Shown one piece after another: positions 9,672 to 20,700 of a stretch of 64,000 bases of DNA (position 1 is its first letter; each line of letters starts with the position of its first letter). The translations under genes and the position numbers were made by a program. Origin of the DNA: Chitinophaga pinensis (lineage in GTDB: Bacteria; Bacteroidota; Bacteroidia; Chitinophagales; Chitinophagaceae); the NCBI GenBank assembly GCA_943373145.1, contig CALSBI010000010.1:137379-201378 (forward strand), in the 5' to 3' direction. The notes below the pieces were generated by a model. That model saw only the letters and a program-made list of their open reading frames with translations. It was not told the origin of the DNA and did not search any database.

Positions 9672-10076
9672 ATGACAAAAGCGGAACTGTTGCAAGAACT
9701 GAGCAACAATACATGGTGCATGATCAAGCCCTCGCCCTTACACGGTATTGGGGTTTTTGCCATCAGGGATATACCCAAGGGTTGCAATACCCTTTTCTCC
9801 ACCGGCGTGGGCAAATGGATTCCGGTACCCAAAAAAGAAGTGGAAACATTGCCGCAGCACAGCCAAGATTTGATAGAAAACTATTGCTTATACGATGCCG
9901 ACAATTATTTTATAGCCGATTATGGCTTTAAGGTGATGGATTTGGTGAATTTCCTCAACCACAGTGATACGCCCAATATCGCTTCGCAAAACGAAGGGGA
10001 AACTTTTGTGGCCCTTCGGGATATTGCCTGCGGAGAGGAGTTGTTGGTAGATTATGGAGCAATTGTGGATGAATGA
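9672..10076 (+). CDS. SET domain-containing protein (putative protein-lysine methyltransferase)
   Basis: Motifs seen: HGIGVFAIRDIPKG, NHSDTPN, GEELLVDYG. I chose the internal ATG at 9672 because the upstream part of ORF 9522.. has poor coding character. Confidence 0.75.
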   Translation: MTKAELLQELSNNTWCMIKPSPLHGIGVFAIRDIPKGCNTLFSTGVGKWIPVPKKEVETLPQHSQDLIENYCLYDADNYFIADYGFKVMDLVNFLNHSDTPNIASQNEGETFVALRDIACGEELLVDYGAIVDE

Positions 10077-10157
10077 TTTACATAATTGCAGCAACAGCTA
10101 ACAGCAGATTACAATACAATTTGGTGGCTATGCCGAAATATATTGCGTTATAACAGC

Positions 10158-11003
10158 TTAGAAGTTCAATCCAAAATATACACTTATATTATCGGTATGG
10201 TTCAACCCAGTTGACAACCGGATTTGTTTGGCCATGTACTGATTGTATTCACCTTTGGCCGCCAAATAAAAATTGTTTTTGAAAGTGTATTCCAAGTTCA
10301 AGCTGGTGCCCATAAAGTTTACACTGGCCTTATCAGTACCATAATAGGCTTCATTAAACTTGGCGCTGGCAAAAGCTGAAAAAAGTTTGTATTCAATAGC
10401 CAAGTTGTTGATTTCCTTTTCGTAAACCAAGCCTGTGGCATTATAAAACGAGCCTTTATAGGAGCCAATATCCACTACATTTTCGGTAAACACTTTGGTA
10501 TTTTTCCATACAGGGTATTGCAGTTTATTATAGAGTTCACCGGTGTTGGGGGTTTCAATCTGGTTAAAATAAAAATATCCCCAAAGCAAAAATTGATATT
10601 CTAGTTTACCAATTGAATTTTGATATCCCAACTCAAAATCCTGCTCATCAAACACAACCTTCTTTTTATAGGCTTCGTTGGGCAAGTTTTTAGGGAGCAT
10701 ATTCAAATTGGGGGTAACCGCAAAAGAAAAATTACCGTAATCTAAATGCAGCTCCGGTTGAGACACATCGTTATTGCCCCAAAGGGCGCCCCGCCATAAA
10801 TAATGACGGTAATAGTTCATCTCAATATAACCGCTCAATTTATTGGACGATTTGGTTTTTTTATCAACCATATTACTGTTAGAGTCAGCTACTGGCAAAT
10901 TAATACCCTGTGCATTTGCCGCAGTAAAAGGCTGGAAGCAAATTATCATAAGCAAAAGCACAATGGCCAATAGTTTTGGTTTGTTAGTTTGTATGTATGT
11001 CAT
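10158..11003 (-). CDS. hypothetical outer-membrane beta-barrel-like protein
   Basis: It has a signal peptide ending ANAQ, is rich in aromatic/Gly/Asn with alternating patterns, and ends in Phe (YFGLNF). It overlaps the 3' end of the upstream kinase gene by 20 nt, which suggests an operon. Confidence 0.65.
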   Translation of the reverse strand: MTYIQTNKPKLLAIVLLLMIICFQPFTAANAQGINLPVADSNSNMVDKKTKSSNKLSGYIEMNYYRHYLWRGALWGNNDVSQPELHLDYGNFSFAVTPNLNMLPKNLPNEAYKKKVVFDEQDFELGYQNSIGKLEYQFLLWGYFYFNQIETPNTGELYNKLQYPVWKNTKVFTENVVDIGSYKGSFYNATGLVYEKEINNLAIEYKLFSAFASAKFNEAYYGTDKASVNFMGTSLNLEYTFKNNFYLAAKGEYNQYMAKQIRLSTGLNHTDNISVYFGLNF

Positions 11004-13191
11004 AATATTTTTTTAAAAGCCGGAAAAGCGCATCAGGGTTAAATGGTTTGGCCAAGTATTGACTAAAACCATATTGGTCAATAGTGCTTTGGGTTTCTGA
11101 GGTAGCGTCTGCCGTTAGGGCGATGATGGGGATATTGCAGTAATCCGTTGCCTTTTCATTCCTGATTTTCAACGTGGCCTCTTTTCCATCCATTACGGGC
11201 ATTTGCAGGTCCATCAATATCAGGTCGTAGTTGCTAAAAGCCAGTTTCTGTACAACTTCGCTGCCATTACCCACGATTTCAAAATTCACTTGCCATTTTC
11301 TTAAAAAACCGCTCAATACCTGTGCATTGATCTTATTGTCTTCGGCAACCAATACTTTAAGCCCCTGTAGGTTTTTAGGATACTTAGTATGGCCAGGCAA
11401 AGGCAAATTATCAACATATACATGTTTTTCAAAGCTGAGGTAAAAGGTAAAAGTTGACCCTTTGCCCAATTCACTTTTGGCTACCATTTTGCCGCCCTGC
11501 AGTTCTACCAATTTTTTAGAGATGGTAAGGCCCAGCCCGGTACCGCCATAATTGGAGGAGGTGGAAATATCCGCCTGTGTGAATTTTTCAAAAATGGCAT
11601 CCATTTTATCGTGGCTTATACCGATGCCCGTATCTTTTACTGTAAATTCTAGCGTGGTTTGTGCGGTAGTTTCACTGATGGTTTTGTATCCCAAACTCAC
11701 TGTCCCTTTATGCGTAAACTTAATGGCATTATTCAACAGATTGGTTATGATCTGGCAAAGCCGCACACTATCGCCATGCAAAGAAAATGGCACAATAGCT
11801 TCGGGCTCAAACACAAGTTGTATATGCTTTTCAACCGCCCTAGGCTCATATAGCTCTATCATGTTGCGGCAGGTTTTTAACAAATCGAAAGATGTTTTTT
11901 CAAACTGGAAATTGCCCGATTCAATTTTTGAAAAATCCAATATATCCGATACAATAGACAATAAATGCTGGGATGAAAAATTAAGGATGTTTACATACTC
12001 CCGTTGCTGCTTCGTCAATTTCTCTTCCATCAACAGGTTGCACACACCAATTACACCATTGATGGGTGTCCGTATTTCGTGGCTCATAGTGGAAAGAAAT
12101 TCCGTTTTGGCCAAATGGGCCTGTTCTGCCCTTATTTTATCAATGGTTGCCTTTTCCAGTTCGCTGGCAGCTTTTTTCAAGGCTTCTTCAGATGCGATCC
12201 GGGTATTTATTTCCATTGTAAGCAAGTCGTTTTGCTTAAAAAAATTGGAAATTAAACCTGCCAATTCGCCAAACTCATTTTTTTTGGGCTTCAGTTTGTC
12301 AAGAAAAGTATCCTTCTTCAATTCCAAAGCAATCGACAAAGCGTTGAGGGGGGAAATAATACGGCCTTTAAAATAGATATAGAGCGCCATTGCAATAGCA
12401 ACCACCACGGCAATAAAAATTAATAGGTAAGTGAGCAAGTCCTTTTTATAGGCCGCTAATACCTCCATTTTTTTGGTTATCTTAAGCAGCTTCAGTGTCT
12501 TACTATTGAAACCATGCAAGGGAATATAATGGTTGATGGTAACCTCATCTTTAATAATCTTATCGTTGCTTGCAGTATTGGCAGGCATCAATTGGTACAA
12601 TGCCTTTTCGGAAACATGGCCCAAGCCTTGCAAGTAGTTTTTGTTAAGAAATTGAGCTGCTATCAAATAGCCATTGGCTTTTGTAATCCGGAGGTTATCG
12701 GTGCCTACTTGTATGGGTGCCGTATATACTTCCAACACTTCATTGTTAATCTGCGCATAAAAATGGGCAAATGGCTTTTTTTGCAAAGAGTCGTACAAAA
12801 GAGGAATATCCATAAAAAAATCCTCTTTGCGCACTTCCGTACTACCGTTGATTATGGAATAAAATATACTGCCCTTGGCGTCCATAACCCATACGGCATC
12901 CGAATTGAATTTTTCCATGCCAGGGATAAGGTTGTTTTCAAACCAAGCCGTATCTTTCTGTTTAACCGTGGCTACCAGTTCGTTCCAAAATGAATTATCA
13001 TAAACCCAGTTTCCGAGTACACTCGATTTCATATCCACCACCTTGGTCGCTTCTTTTTTCAAATCTGCATAACCGGCCTCCAATAACACATTATTCTTTT
13101 TTGTAATAGCGGATAGGAGTACAAATGTGGTGATTAGCAAAATGCCTATTGCCGATAAAAAGATTACCAAAAGCTGGTTTCTTACCTTCAT
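10984..13191 (-). CDS. hybrid sensor histidine kinase/response regulator
   Basis: It has an H-box (FLSTMSHEIRTPINGV), an HATPase region (DTGIGIS, GGTGLGLTISKKLV) and a C-terminal receiver (VLVAEDNKINAQV...DLILMDLQMPVMDG). An N-terminal TM segment is followed by a periplasmic sensor region. Confidence 0.9.
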   Translation of the reverse strand: MKVRNQLLVIFLSAIGILLITTFVLLSAITKKNNVLLEAGYADLKKEATKVVDMKSSVLGNWVYDNSFWNELVATVKQKDTAWFENNLIPGMEKFNSDAVWVMDAKGSIFYSIINGSTEVRKEDFFMDIPLLYDSLQKKPFAHFYAQINNEVLEVYTAPIQVGTDNLRITKANGYLIAAQFLNKNYLQGLGHVSEKALYQLMPANTASNDKIIKDEVTINHYIPLHGFNSKTLKLLKITKKMEVLAAYKKDLLTYLLIFIAVVVAIAMALYIYFKGRIISPLNALSIALELKKDTFLDKLKPKKNEFGELAGLISNFFKQNDLLTMEINTRIASEEALKKAASELEKATIDKIRAEQAHLAKTEFLSTMSHEIRTPINGVIGVCNLLMEEKLTKQQREYVNILNFSSQHLLSIVSDILDFSKIESGNFQFEKTSFDLLKTCRNMIELYEPRAVEKHIQLVFEPEAIVPFSLHGDSVRLCQIITNLLNNAIKFTHKGTVSLGYKTISETTAQTTLEFTVKDTGIGISHDKMDAIFEKFTQADISTSSNYGGTGLGLTISKKLVELQGGKMVAKSELGKGSTFTFYLSFEKHVYVDNLPLPGHTKYPKNLQGLKVLVAEDNKINAQVLSGFLRKWQVNFEIVGNGSEVVQKLAFSNYDLILMDLQMPVMDGKEATLKIRNEKATDYCNIPIIALTADATSETQSTIDQYGFSQYLAKPFNPDALFRLLKKYYDIHTN

Positions 13192-13393
13192 TTACTGCTG
13201 ATGTAGAGTTTTATTATTGCTTATAACTGGTTTAACCTCCCAATAACGGCAATACAGATACGATATTGCGCAAAATGTACCATTATTCGTTTTTTACGCA
13301 GTGTAATATGGTGGCTTTTCAACATATCTCGGTGTATTAGGCAGCTTTGAAGCGATTGGCAGGCCTATTAACGGTTAACGGTAAACGTACTTA

Positions 13394-14446
13394 CTAACGG
13401 TCTTCGTGTGCTTTTACAAAATCACTCACTAAAAAACTGATGAACTTGCCCGTACTATCGTCGCGGCGACCATCGGCCAAATGGGTGGCACCTTCGCAGA
13501 TATGGAGGTAGGCCGGCTTAGCGTCGGTGGCTGCAAAATTGATGTACTGCCGGGCCTGTAAAGTACTAATACCGGAGGGTGTAGCTGCGCTGCTCAATAT
13601 GCCTTCCACACAATCAAGGTCAAGCTCAATACCCGTATAACTGTTTTCGGTAAAACCCGTAGCATGGGCAATGGCCTGTATAAAATTCTTGCGTTCGCTG
13701 ATAAAAATTTCTTCGTAGCTCACATAATCGATAAAGGGGTTGTTGTGGATGTCCATCAGTACATTTTGCGGCACATGGTTTTCGTGCAGTCCTACAATGC
13801 AATACTTGCCCAAATAACCATCTTCCGCCGCATAGCGGAACCCATTGCCGCTATGGCGCCCTTCTGTTGTTTTATAATCGGCATGGGCGTCCACATTAAT
13901 CACATTGATTTGGGTAAGGGGCAATAATTCAGCCTTGTGCAGCCCTTTGGCTGCCCCTTTGATGATGGGGTAACTGTTGTTGTGGCCGCCACCTATCACC
14001 AGCGGTATTTTTTTACAAGCCGCAATCACCTTAATTACCTGCTCCACATTTTCGTCGATGGTATTTACGGCATGGCGATAAGCTTCCACCTTTTCATCGT
14101 CGCTGGCAGCATGGTTTTCGATCAGGTACTTGATATCGCCAAAGTCGAAATGCCCCAACAAAAGGATGCTTTCGCCACTGAAAAACTCATTGCTCTGTAC
14201 ATTTAAAAAAGCGGCTAAAAAAGACAACCAGGCCGTATCGGCACCGCCAATCCCCATATTCGCTTTTACGCCAATATCTTCGGGGATACCCAGCAACACA
14301 TAACGGGCATCGCTTTGCTGGAGGGCTTCCGCCCAATCCCCACCGGGGCGAATGTATTGCAGCCGCTCCCCTATCTTGGTTTCAAAACGGCGCACTTTGG
14401 TGAGCGACAATATATCTTCTTTGGTGTAGAATTTAAAATGTTTCAT
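13394..14446 (-). CDS. arginase-family hydrolase (formimidoylglutamase-like)
   Basis: Metal-binding motifs GGGHNNSYP and NVDAHADY are present. I chose the ATG at 14446 (MKHFKFYTKEDIL). The longer ORF to 14608 runs into heptamer repeat DNA. Confidence 0.75.
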   Translation of the reverse strand: MKHFKFYTKEDILSLTKVRRFETKIGERLQYIRPGGDWAEALQQSDARYVLLGIPEDIGVKANMGIGGADTAWLSFLAAFLNVQSNEFFSGESILLLGHFDFGDIKYLIENHAASDDEKVEAYRHAVNTIDENVEQVIKVIAACKKIPLVIGGGHNNSYPIIKGAAKGLHKAELLPLTQINVINVDAHADYKTTEGRHSGNGFRYAAEDGYLGKYCIVGLHENHVPQNVLMDIHNNPFIDYVSYEEIFISERKNFIQAIAHATGFTENSYTGIELDLDCVEGILSSAATPSGISTLQARQYINFAATDAKPAYLHICEGATHLADGRRDDSTGKFISFLVSDFVKAHEDR

Positions 14447-14460
14447 ACCTGCCTGCAATT

Positions 14461-14623
14461 GTAATGGATAATGGATTGAAGGTAGGGAATTTATTGATAT
14501 GTGCGGTGGGTCGTTGGTCGTTGGCCGTTGACCGATGGCCGAGCGTAGTCGACAGTTGACGGTTGACAGGAGGGACAAAGCCGTTGGCCGCAACTCATAA
14601 CCCATCACTCATAACTCATAACT
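14461..14623. repeat. intergenic heptamer-repeat mosaic (instance a)
   Basis: The runs are gtaatggataatggattg, then gggtcgttggtcgttggccgttgaccgatggccg, then gacagttgacggttgac, then actcataacccatcactcataactcataact. Confidence 0.85.
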
Positions 14624-14637
14624 ATATCCAGGGCCAT

Positions 14638-14669
14638 AAAAAAAGAGCCCCCGACCTTACGGCCGAGGG
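14638..14669 (-). terminator. intrinsic terminator of the 2714-aa adhesin gene
   Basis: On the minus strand, ccctcggcc-gtaa-ggtcggggg (9 bp with G-U pairs) is followed by ctcttttttt. Confidence 0.6.
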
Positions 14670-14709
14670 ACATCCTTTGTTTGTGCTTGGTTATCAAACC
14701 TCTTTATGA

Positions 14710-17700
14710 TTATTTCATCAATTGTTTTGTTAACACTGCATCACCTGCGCTTACCTGTATCATGTAAGATCCGGCAGCCAGTTTGCTCAAGTTATTGATG
14801 CTGATGGTATTGATACCAACCTGCATCATTATTTCATTGCTGTACACCAGTTTGCCTGCATTGTCGAACAGTTTGATGCTCGCTTTTTCAGCAGCGGCCG
14901 ATGTGATGCCCACGTTCACTTTATCGATGAAAGGATTGGGGTAAACCGCTGTAATCACCAAACCTTTGATGGTTACGTTCAGCAATACGATGTTGCTGTA
15001 TGTGTAGCGGCCATCCCTATCTACCATTTTCAAACGATAGTAGTTGGCACCGGCAACGGGTTGCAAATGGTTGAAGCCATAATCAATACGGTTGTTGCTG
15101 TTGCCATTTCCAGCTACATTGCCCAAATGGTTAAAGCCTACACCGTCTTTGCTGTACTCAACTTCAAAGTGGCTGAAGTTTTGTTCGCTCAACGTAGCCC
15201 AGTTCAATTTAGAAATACCGTTGTTATATACACCGCTGAGCTTGGTAAAGGTTACAGGCAATGGTCCACCACCATCTGTAATGATACCGGCATCAATGGT
15301 CAAGTCAACCTGACCGGGCAACAGCGTAAAGGCATCTGTTCTGCCACTTGCAGGGTTGGCATTGCTGTTGTTGGCAGCATTGGAACCGGGTGCATTTTTG
15401 ATGGTATAACCTACTGTATTAACGGGCAAATCTTTAAACTCTATGATAAAGCTGGTGCCACCTGCAGGTACCGGTATGTTGTTGATGAAGTAACGGCCCT
15501 TGCCATCAGTTACCGCAGAAGCAACTACCGCACCAGTTGCAGCATTGATCAAATTAACCGTTACACCTGGCACACCGGGTTCGTTGGCACCTTGAATGCC
15601 ATTGGCATCCACATCGTACCATACATAGTCGCCCACGGCAGCAAAGTTGGAGATAAGGCCTGCATCAACGTCTGTCCTTACTTGGCCAGCAGTTAATACA
15701 ACCGCATCAGTCCTTCCAGTGCCTACGTTTACATCACTGTTGTTGGCAGCAGTACTTCCCGCAGAAGCCTTGGTAGTGAAGGTCGTATTTACAGGCAGGT
15801 TGCTGAATCCTACTGTATAAGTACCTGCATTCAGGTTATTGAACATATAGAAGCCAGTAGCATCAGTTACCGCAGAAGCGATGGCATTGTTGCTAGCATC
15901 GTACAAGGTAACCGTTACACCTGGAGCACCTTTTTCAGTAGCATCCTGTATACCGTTGTTATTGGCATCCAACCATACATAGTTGCCCAAGGCAGCTTTG
16001 GTGGTAGATACGATACCCAAATCCCAGTTAAGGTCGGTAGTAGCGGCTGGCAAAACAATGTTACCTGTCCTCAGTGAACCAATGTTGGCATCACTGTTAT
16101 TGGCGGCAGTACTTCCAGCAGCGTTGGGCGTGGTAGCTGTGTAACCAGCAGGCAAGTTGCTAAAGCCTACGGTATAAGTGCCCGCATCCAAATCAGCAAA
16201 CAAATAAGCGCCATTGGCATCGGTTACCGTGGTTGCAATGGCCGTACCGGCAGCATTGTACAAGGTAACGCTTACACCGGCTGCACCATTTTCGCCAGCA
16301 TCTTGAATACCATTGCTATTTACGTCGTACCAAACCCTGTCGCCCAAGGCAGATTTAACGGTAGCACCTTTAATACCCGCATCAATGGTAAGGTTGATTT
16401 CGCCAGCAGCCAAAGTGATAGGCGCTGTTTTACCTGTTCCAGTATTGGGGTTGCTATCTTTTGTAGGATCGGTTCCTGCATTTTGCGTAGTGAAGGCAAA
16501 TCCAGCAGGCAGGTTGCTAAAGCCAACCACATAGTTACCCGCATCCAAATTGGTGAAGATATAGTTACCAGCACCATCGGTAGTAGTAGTTCCAATTACG
16601 GTAGTACCGTCACCAGCATACAGGGTTACTGTTACACCAGCTACACCGGGTTCACCCGCATCTTGTACACCATTTCCGTTTACGTCGTTCCAAACTTTAT
16701 CGCCAATGGTAGCTTTTGCATTATTCACATTAGGCGTTGCAAAAATACCCGCATCAACAGTTAGGTCAGTACCGGGAGCTGCAATGGTGTAAACACCTGT
16801 ACGTCCGGTAGAAGGATCCACATCGCTATCAGCGGCATCAGTTGTAAGGTCTTTACCAGTGAACACATAACCGCTGGGCAGGTTGCTAAAGCCAACAGCA
16901 TAAGTGCCATTGGGCAAATCAGTAAACAAGTAGCGGCCATTGGCATCGGTAGAAAGGGTTTTGATAACGGCACCTGTAGCGGCATTGTACAGCGTAACGG
17001 TTACGCCTGGTACACCTGCTTCGCTAGGATCTTGGATACCGTTTTTATTACCATCGTACCATACAAAGTCGCCCAAGCTGCTCAATGCGGTGGTATTGCG
17101 GATACCAGCATCAACTGTTACCCTGGTTTCGTCGGCCAACAGGTTGAACCATTGTGTTGTACCGGCACCGAATGTACCCGTAACATCACTGTCGATTGCA
17201 CCATTGGCTGCGCCACCTACATTAGGGGCTACCAGTGTGTAACCAGCGGGCAAGTTGGTGAACCTGATATAGTAATCACCAGCGGGCAGATTGTTGAACA
17301 TATAGTTACCGAATGCATCAGTAGTTCTTGTTCCAATCAAAGTGCCTACGCCGCCGATATAAGTGTACAATTGTACCGTTACACCTGGCACACCGGGTTC
17401 GCTACCGTCTTGCAGGCCATTGTTGTTCAGGTCGTTCCAAACCTTGTCGCCTACGGCAGCCCTAGTGGGCGGTGTTACGTTCAAGCCACCATCAAAGCTA
17501 AGATCGGTAGTACCGGCCGTAACCGTGAAGGGCGCTGTACGGAAGGTAGCAGCATCAAAATCGCTGTCCTGATCATCGTTGGTGGTATTGGCACCAGACA
17601 GTACATAACCTACTGGCGGTGTAAGGCCAATGGTATAAGTACCCAAGGCCACATCGGTAAATTGATAGTAACCATTGTTGTCGGTTATGGTAGTGCGCAA

Positions 17701-20700
17701 TGGGTTGCCCGCATTGTCGTACAAGGTAACGGTAACACCAGCAATACCGGGTTCGCCAGCATCTTGTACACCGTCTTTATCCAAATCGTTCCAAATAAAG
17801 TCACCGATACGTGCAGGGATCGTATAGTAGATACCCGCATCAATATCTGTCCTGTCTTTATTAGCTGTAGTAAGTGTTACATTACCAGTCCTTCCAGTTG
17901 TTATGTTGGCATCGCTGTTATTGGCAGCCGTGCTTCCCGCAGCATTTTGTGGAGAGAAGGTAAATTCGGCAGGCAGGCTAAACCTTACCTGATAGTTGAT
18001 ACCGGCAACAGATACGGGCAAATCGCTGAAGAGATAGTTACCCAAGGCATCGGTAAAGGTAGTAGCTACCAAGCCACCGGCATTGTTGTACAATGAAACG
18101 GTAACACCGGCAACACCTACTTCTCCGGGGTCTTGTATACCATCACGGTCGGTATCGTTCCATACCCTATCGCCTATTGAACCAACCACTGGTGGCACAA
18201 AGCCTGCGTCGATGGTTGTATTGTTTTCGCCAGCCGTTAAGGTAATACCGCTTACGGTACCGCCAACAGGATCACTGTCTTTGGCATCATCACCACCTTG
18301 GTTGGCAGGTGAAGTGGTATAGCCGGGAGGCGTGGTAAAGCTTACGCTGTATGATTGACCGGCACCAGTTGGAGGCAGGTTGCTGAATAGATAAGCACCA
18401 TTGGCATCAGCCGTAGTAGTTACGGTAGCACCACCGGGATAGGTTAAGGTTACAATAGCGCCGGGCATGCCTGGCTCACTTGGATCTTGAACACCGTTAC
18501 CATTCAAATCTTTCCATACAAAGTCGCCGATAGAACCTGTACCACGCAGACCAAAGTCCAAAGTAAGGTTACCGTTGTTGCCGTCACCATCGGTGGTGGG
18601 CTCGCCTGAATTGGAAAGTGTAATGAAGTTGCTGCGCAGTTCGCCAGTCACAGTTGTTACACCATTATTGTCGGTATTATTGTCGTTATCGGGCAATGCG
18701 CTGGTAGCCGTTGTAGCGGCAGCAGCATAGCCTGTAGGAATCACCACACCTACGATGTAGTTGCCCTGTTGCAAGTTGGCAAAACCATAGTTGCCATTCA
18801 AATCAGTATTAGTAGTGGCAATAGAAGCGCCATCAGGGGCATTATCGCCATTGGCATCACGGTAAAGGTTTACAGCGGCATTGTTGATACCGGGTTCGCC
18901 AGCATCTTGTGTACCATTGTTGTTCCTATCGAACCATACATAGTTGCCTAAGTTCAAGCAAGCCTGAACGGTAACTTGTACGGTAGCTGTATCGGAGCAA
19001 CCAGTAGCCAACGTATAAACAATCACTTGATAGGTATAGCTACCTGGCGTAGTGAGTGTTAAAGAGGGGTTGGAAATGGTTGAACTGTTTAAACCAGTAG
19101 AAGGCGACCAGCTATAACCCAAGGCAGCACCGGGGCTGGTAAGGGGAGCTGTACCGGTAGGATTACCACCCAACAGAACGGCAACACCTGCGCAAGTGGT
19201 AACATTGTTACCTGCATTTGCAGTAGGATTGTTGTTAACGTTGGTTGTAACAGTTACCTCATCGGTCCTAGTGCAACCATTTTGTGTAACTGTTAAGCGG
19301 TAAACGGTGGTAACCAATGGAGAAACCAACACATTGGCTTGGTTGCCGCCATTGTCAATAGAAGTAGGATCACCAGAAACAACTGTCCAAGTGTAGTTGG
19401 CACCAGTAGGGCCAGTACCGTTGATGGTAACATTACCACCTTGGCAGATTTCTTTATCAGGACCAGCAGCAGCAAATACCGATTGGGTAATTACGATGGT
19501 CCTGTTATAATTTACAGTACAGCCATTTAAAGTAACTGATAGGGTAATGGCATACTCACCTGGTGTGCTCCAAGTTGAAGTAGCGCTTGAACCTATAGCA
19601 GTAGCAGGTGTACCGCTGGCAAATGTCCAATTGTAAACAGCACCTACGCCAGCACCAGTAGCCGTAAACAGGGCCGCTTCATTGGCGCAAATGGTAGAGG
19701 GGCCATTGATGCCTGATGTTGGTGGCGTATTTACTGTAACCGTTACAGCAGTACGGCCACTAGCAGGGCAACCCGCAACTGTTTGCTGTACATAATAAGT
19801 GGCATTGGCTGTTAATGTTGGCGTGGTGTAAGAAGCTGTTGAAGACAACAGCAAACCACCAGTGGAAGCGCTGTACCAAGCAAAGCTGGCACCCGTTACA
19901 CCTGTAGCAGTTAAGGTAGTACTGCTACCAGCGCAAATGCTAGCGCCAGGGGCAGTAGGCGCACCGGGGCAAGTCCTAAAGCCTGCATCGATTGTCAAAT
20001 TGCTTTGACCGGCCGTTAATGTAATGCCGCTTACCACACCGCTAACAGGGTCACTATCTTTGGCATCGTCACCGCCTTGGTTGGCAGGAGAAGCGGTATA
20101 ACCAGCAGGGGTAGTAAAGGTTACGGTATAGCTTTGGCCAACACCTGTTGGAGGCAAATTGCTGAACAGATAACCGCCAGTACCATTGGTAGTCGTATTT
20201 ACCGTGGTACCATCGGGATAAGTTAAAGTAACGGTAGCACCTGAGATGCCGGTTTCGGTGGGATCTTGGATACCATTGCCATTTGTATCATTCCATACAA
20301 AATCGCCGATAGAACCAGTACCACGCAAACCAAAGTCCAAAGTAAGGTTACCATTGTTGCCATCACCATCTGTAGTGGGTTCGCCACCAACGGAAAGGGT
20401 AATGAAATTACTCCTCAATTCGCCAGTTACCGTGGTAACACCGTTGTTATCGGTATTGTTATCATTATTGGGCGATGCACTGGTGGCCGTAGTAGCTGCG
20501 GCTGCATATCCGCTTGGGATTACTACACCCACGATGTAGTTGCCGGCAGACAATGAACCAAATCCATAAGCACCACTTCCATTGGTAGTAGTAGTAGCGA
20601 TGGAAGCTCCGTCAGGGGCGTTGTCGCCATTGGCATCGCGGTAAAGGTTCACCGTAGCGGCTCCAATACCGGGCTCACCGGCATCCTGTGTACCATTGTT

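Noticed and set aside
14447-14608. A 54-codon N-terminal extension of the arginase-family ORF.
   Set aside because: The extension is a translation of heptamer repeat DNA (…TVNCRLRSAIGQRPTTNDPP…). A good ATG at 14446 starts a typical enzyme N-terminus.
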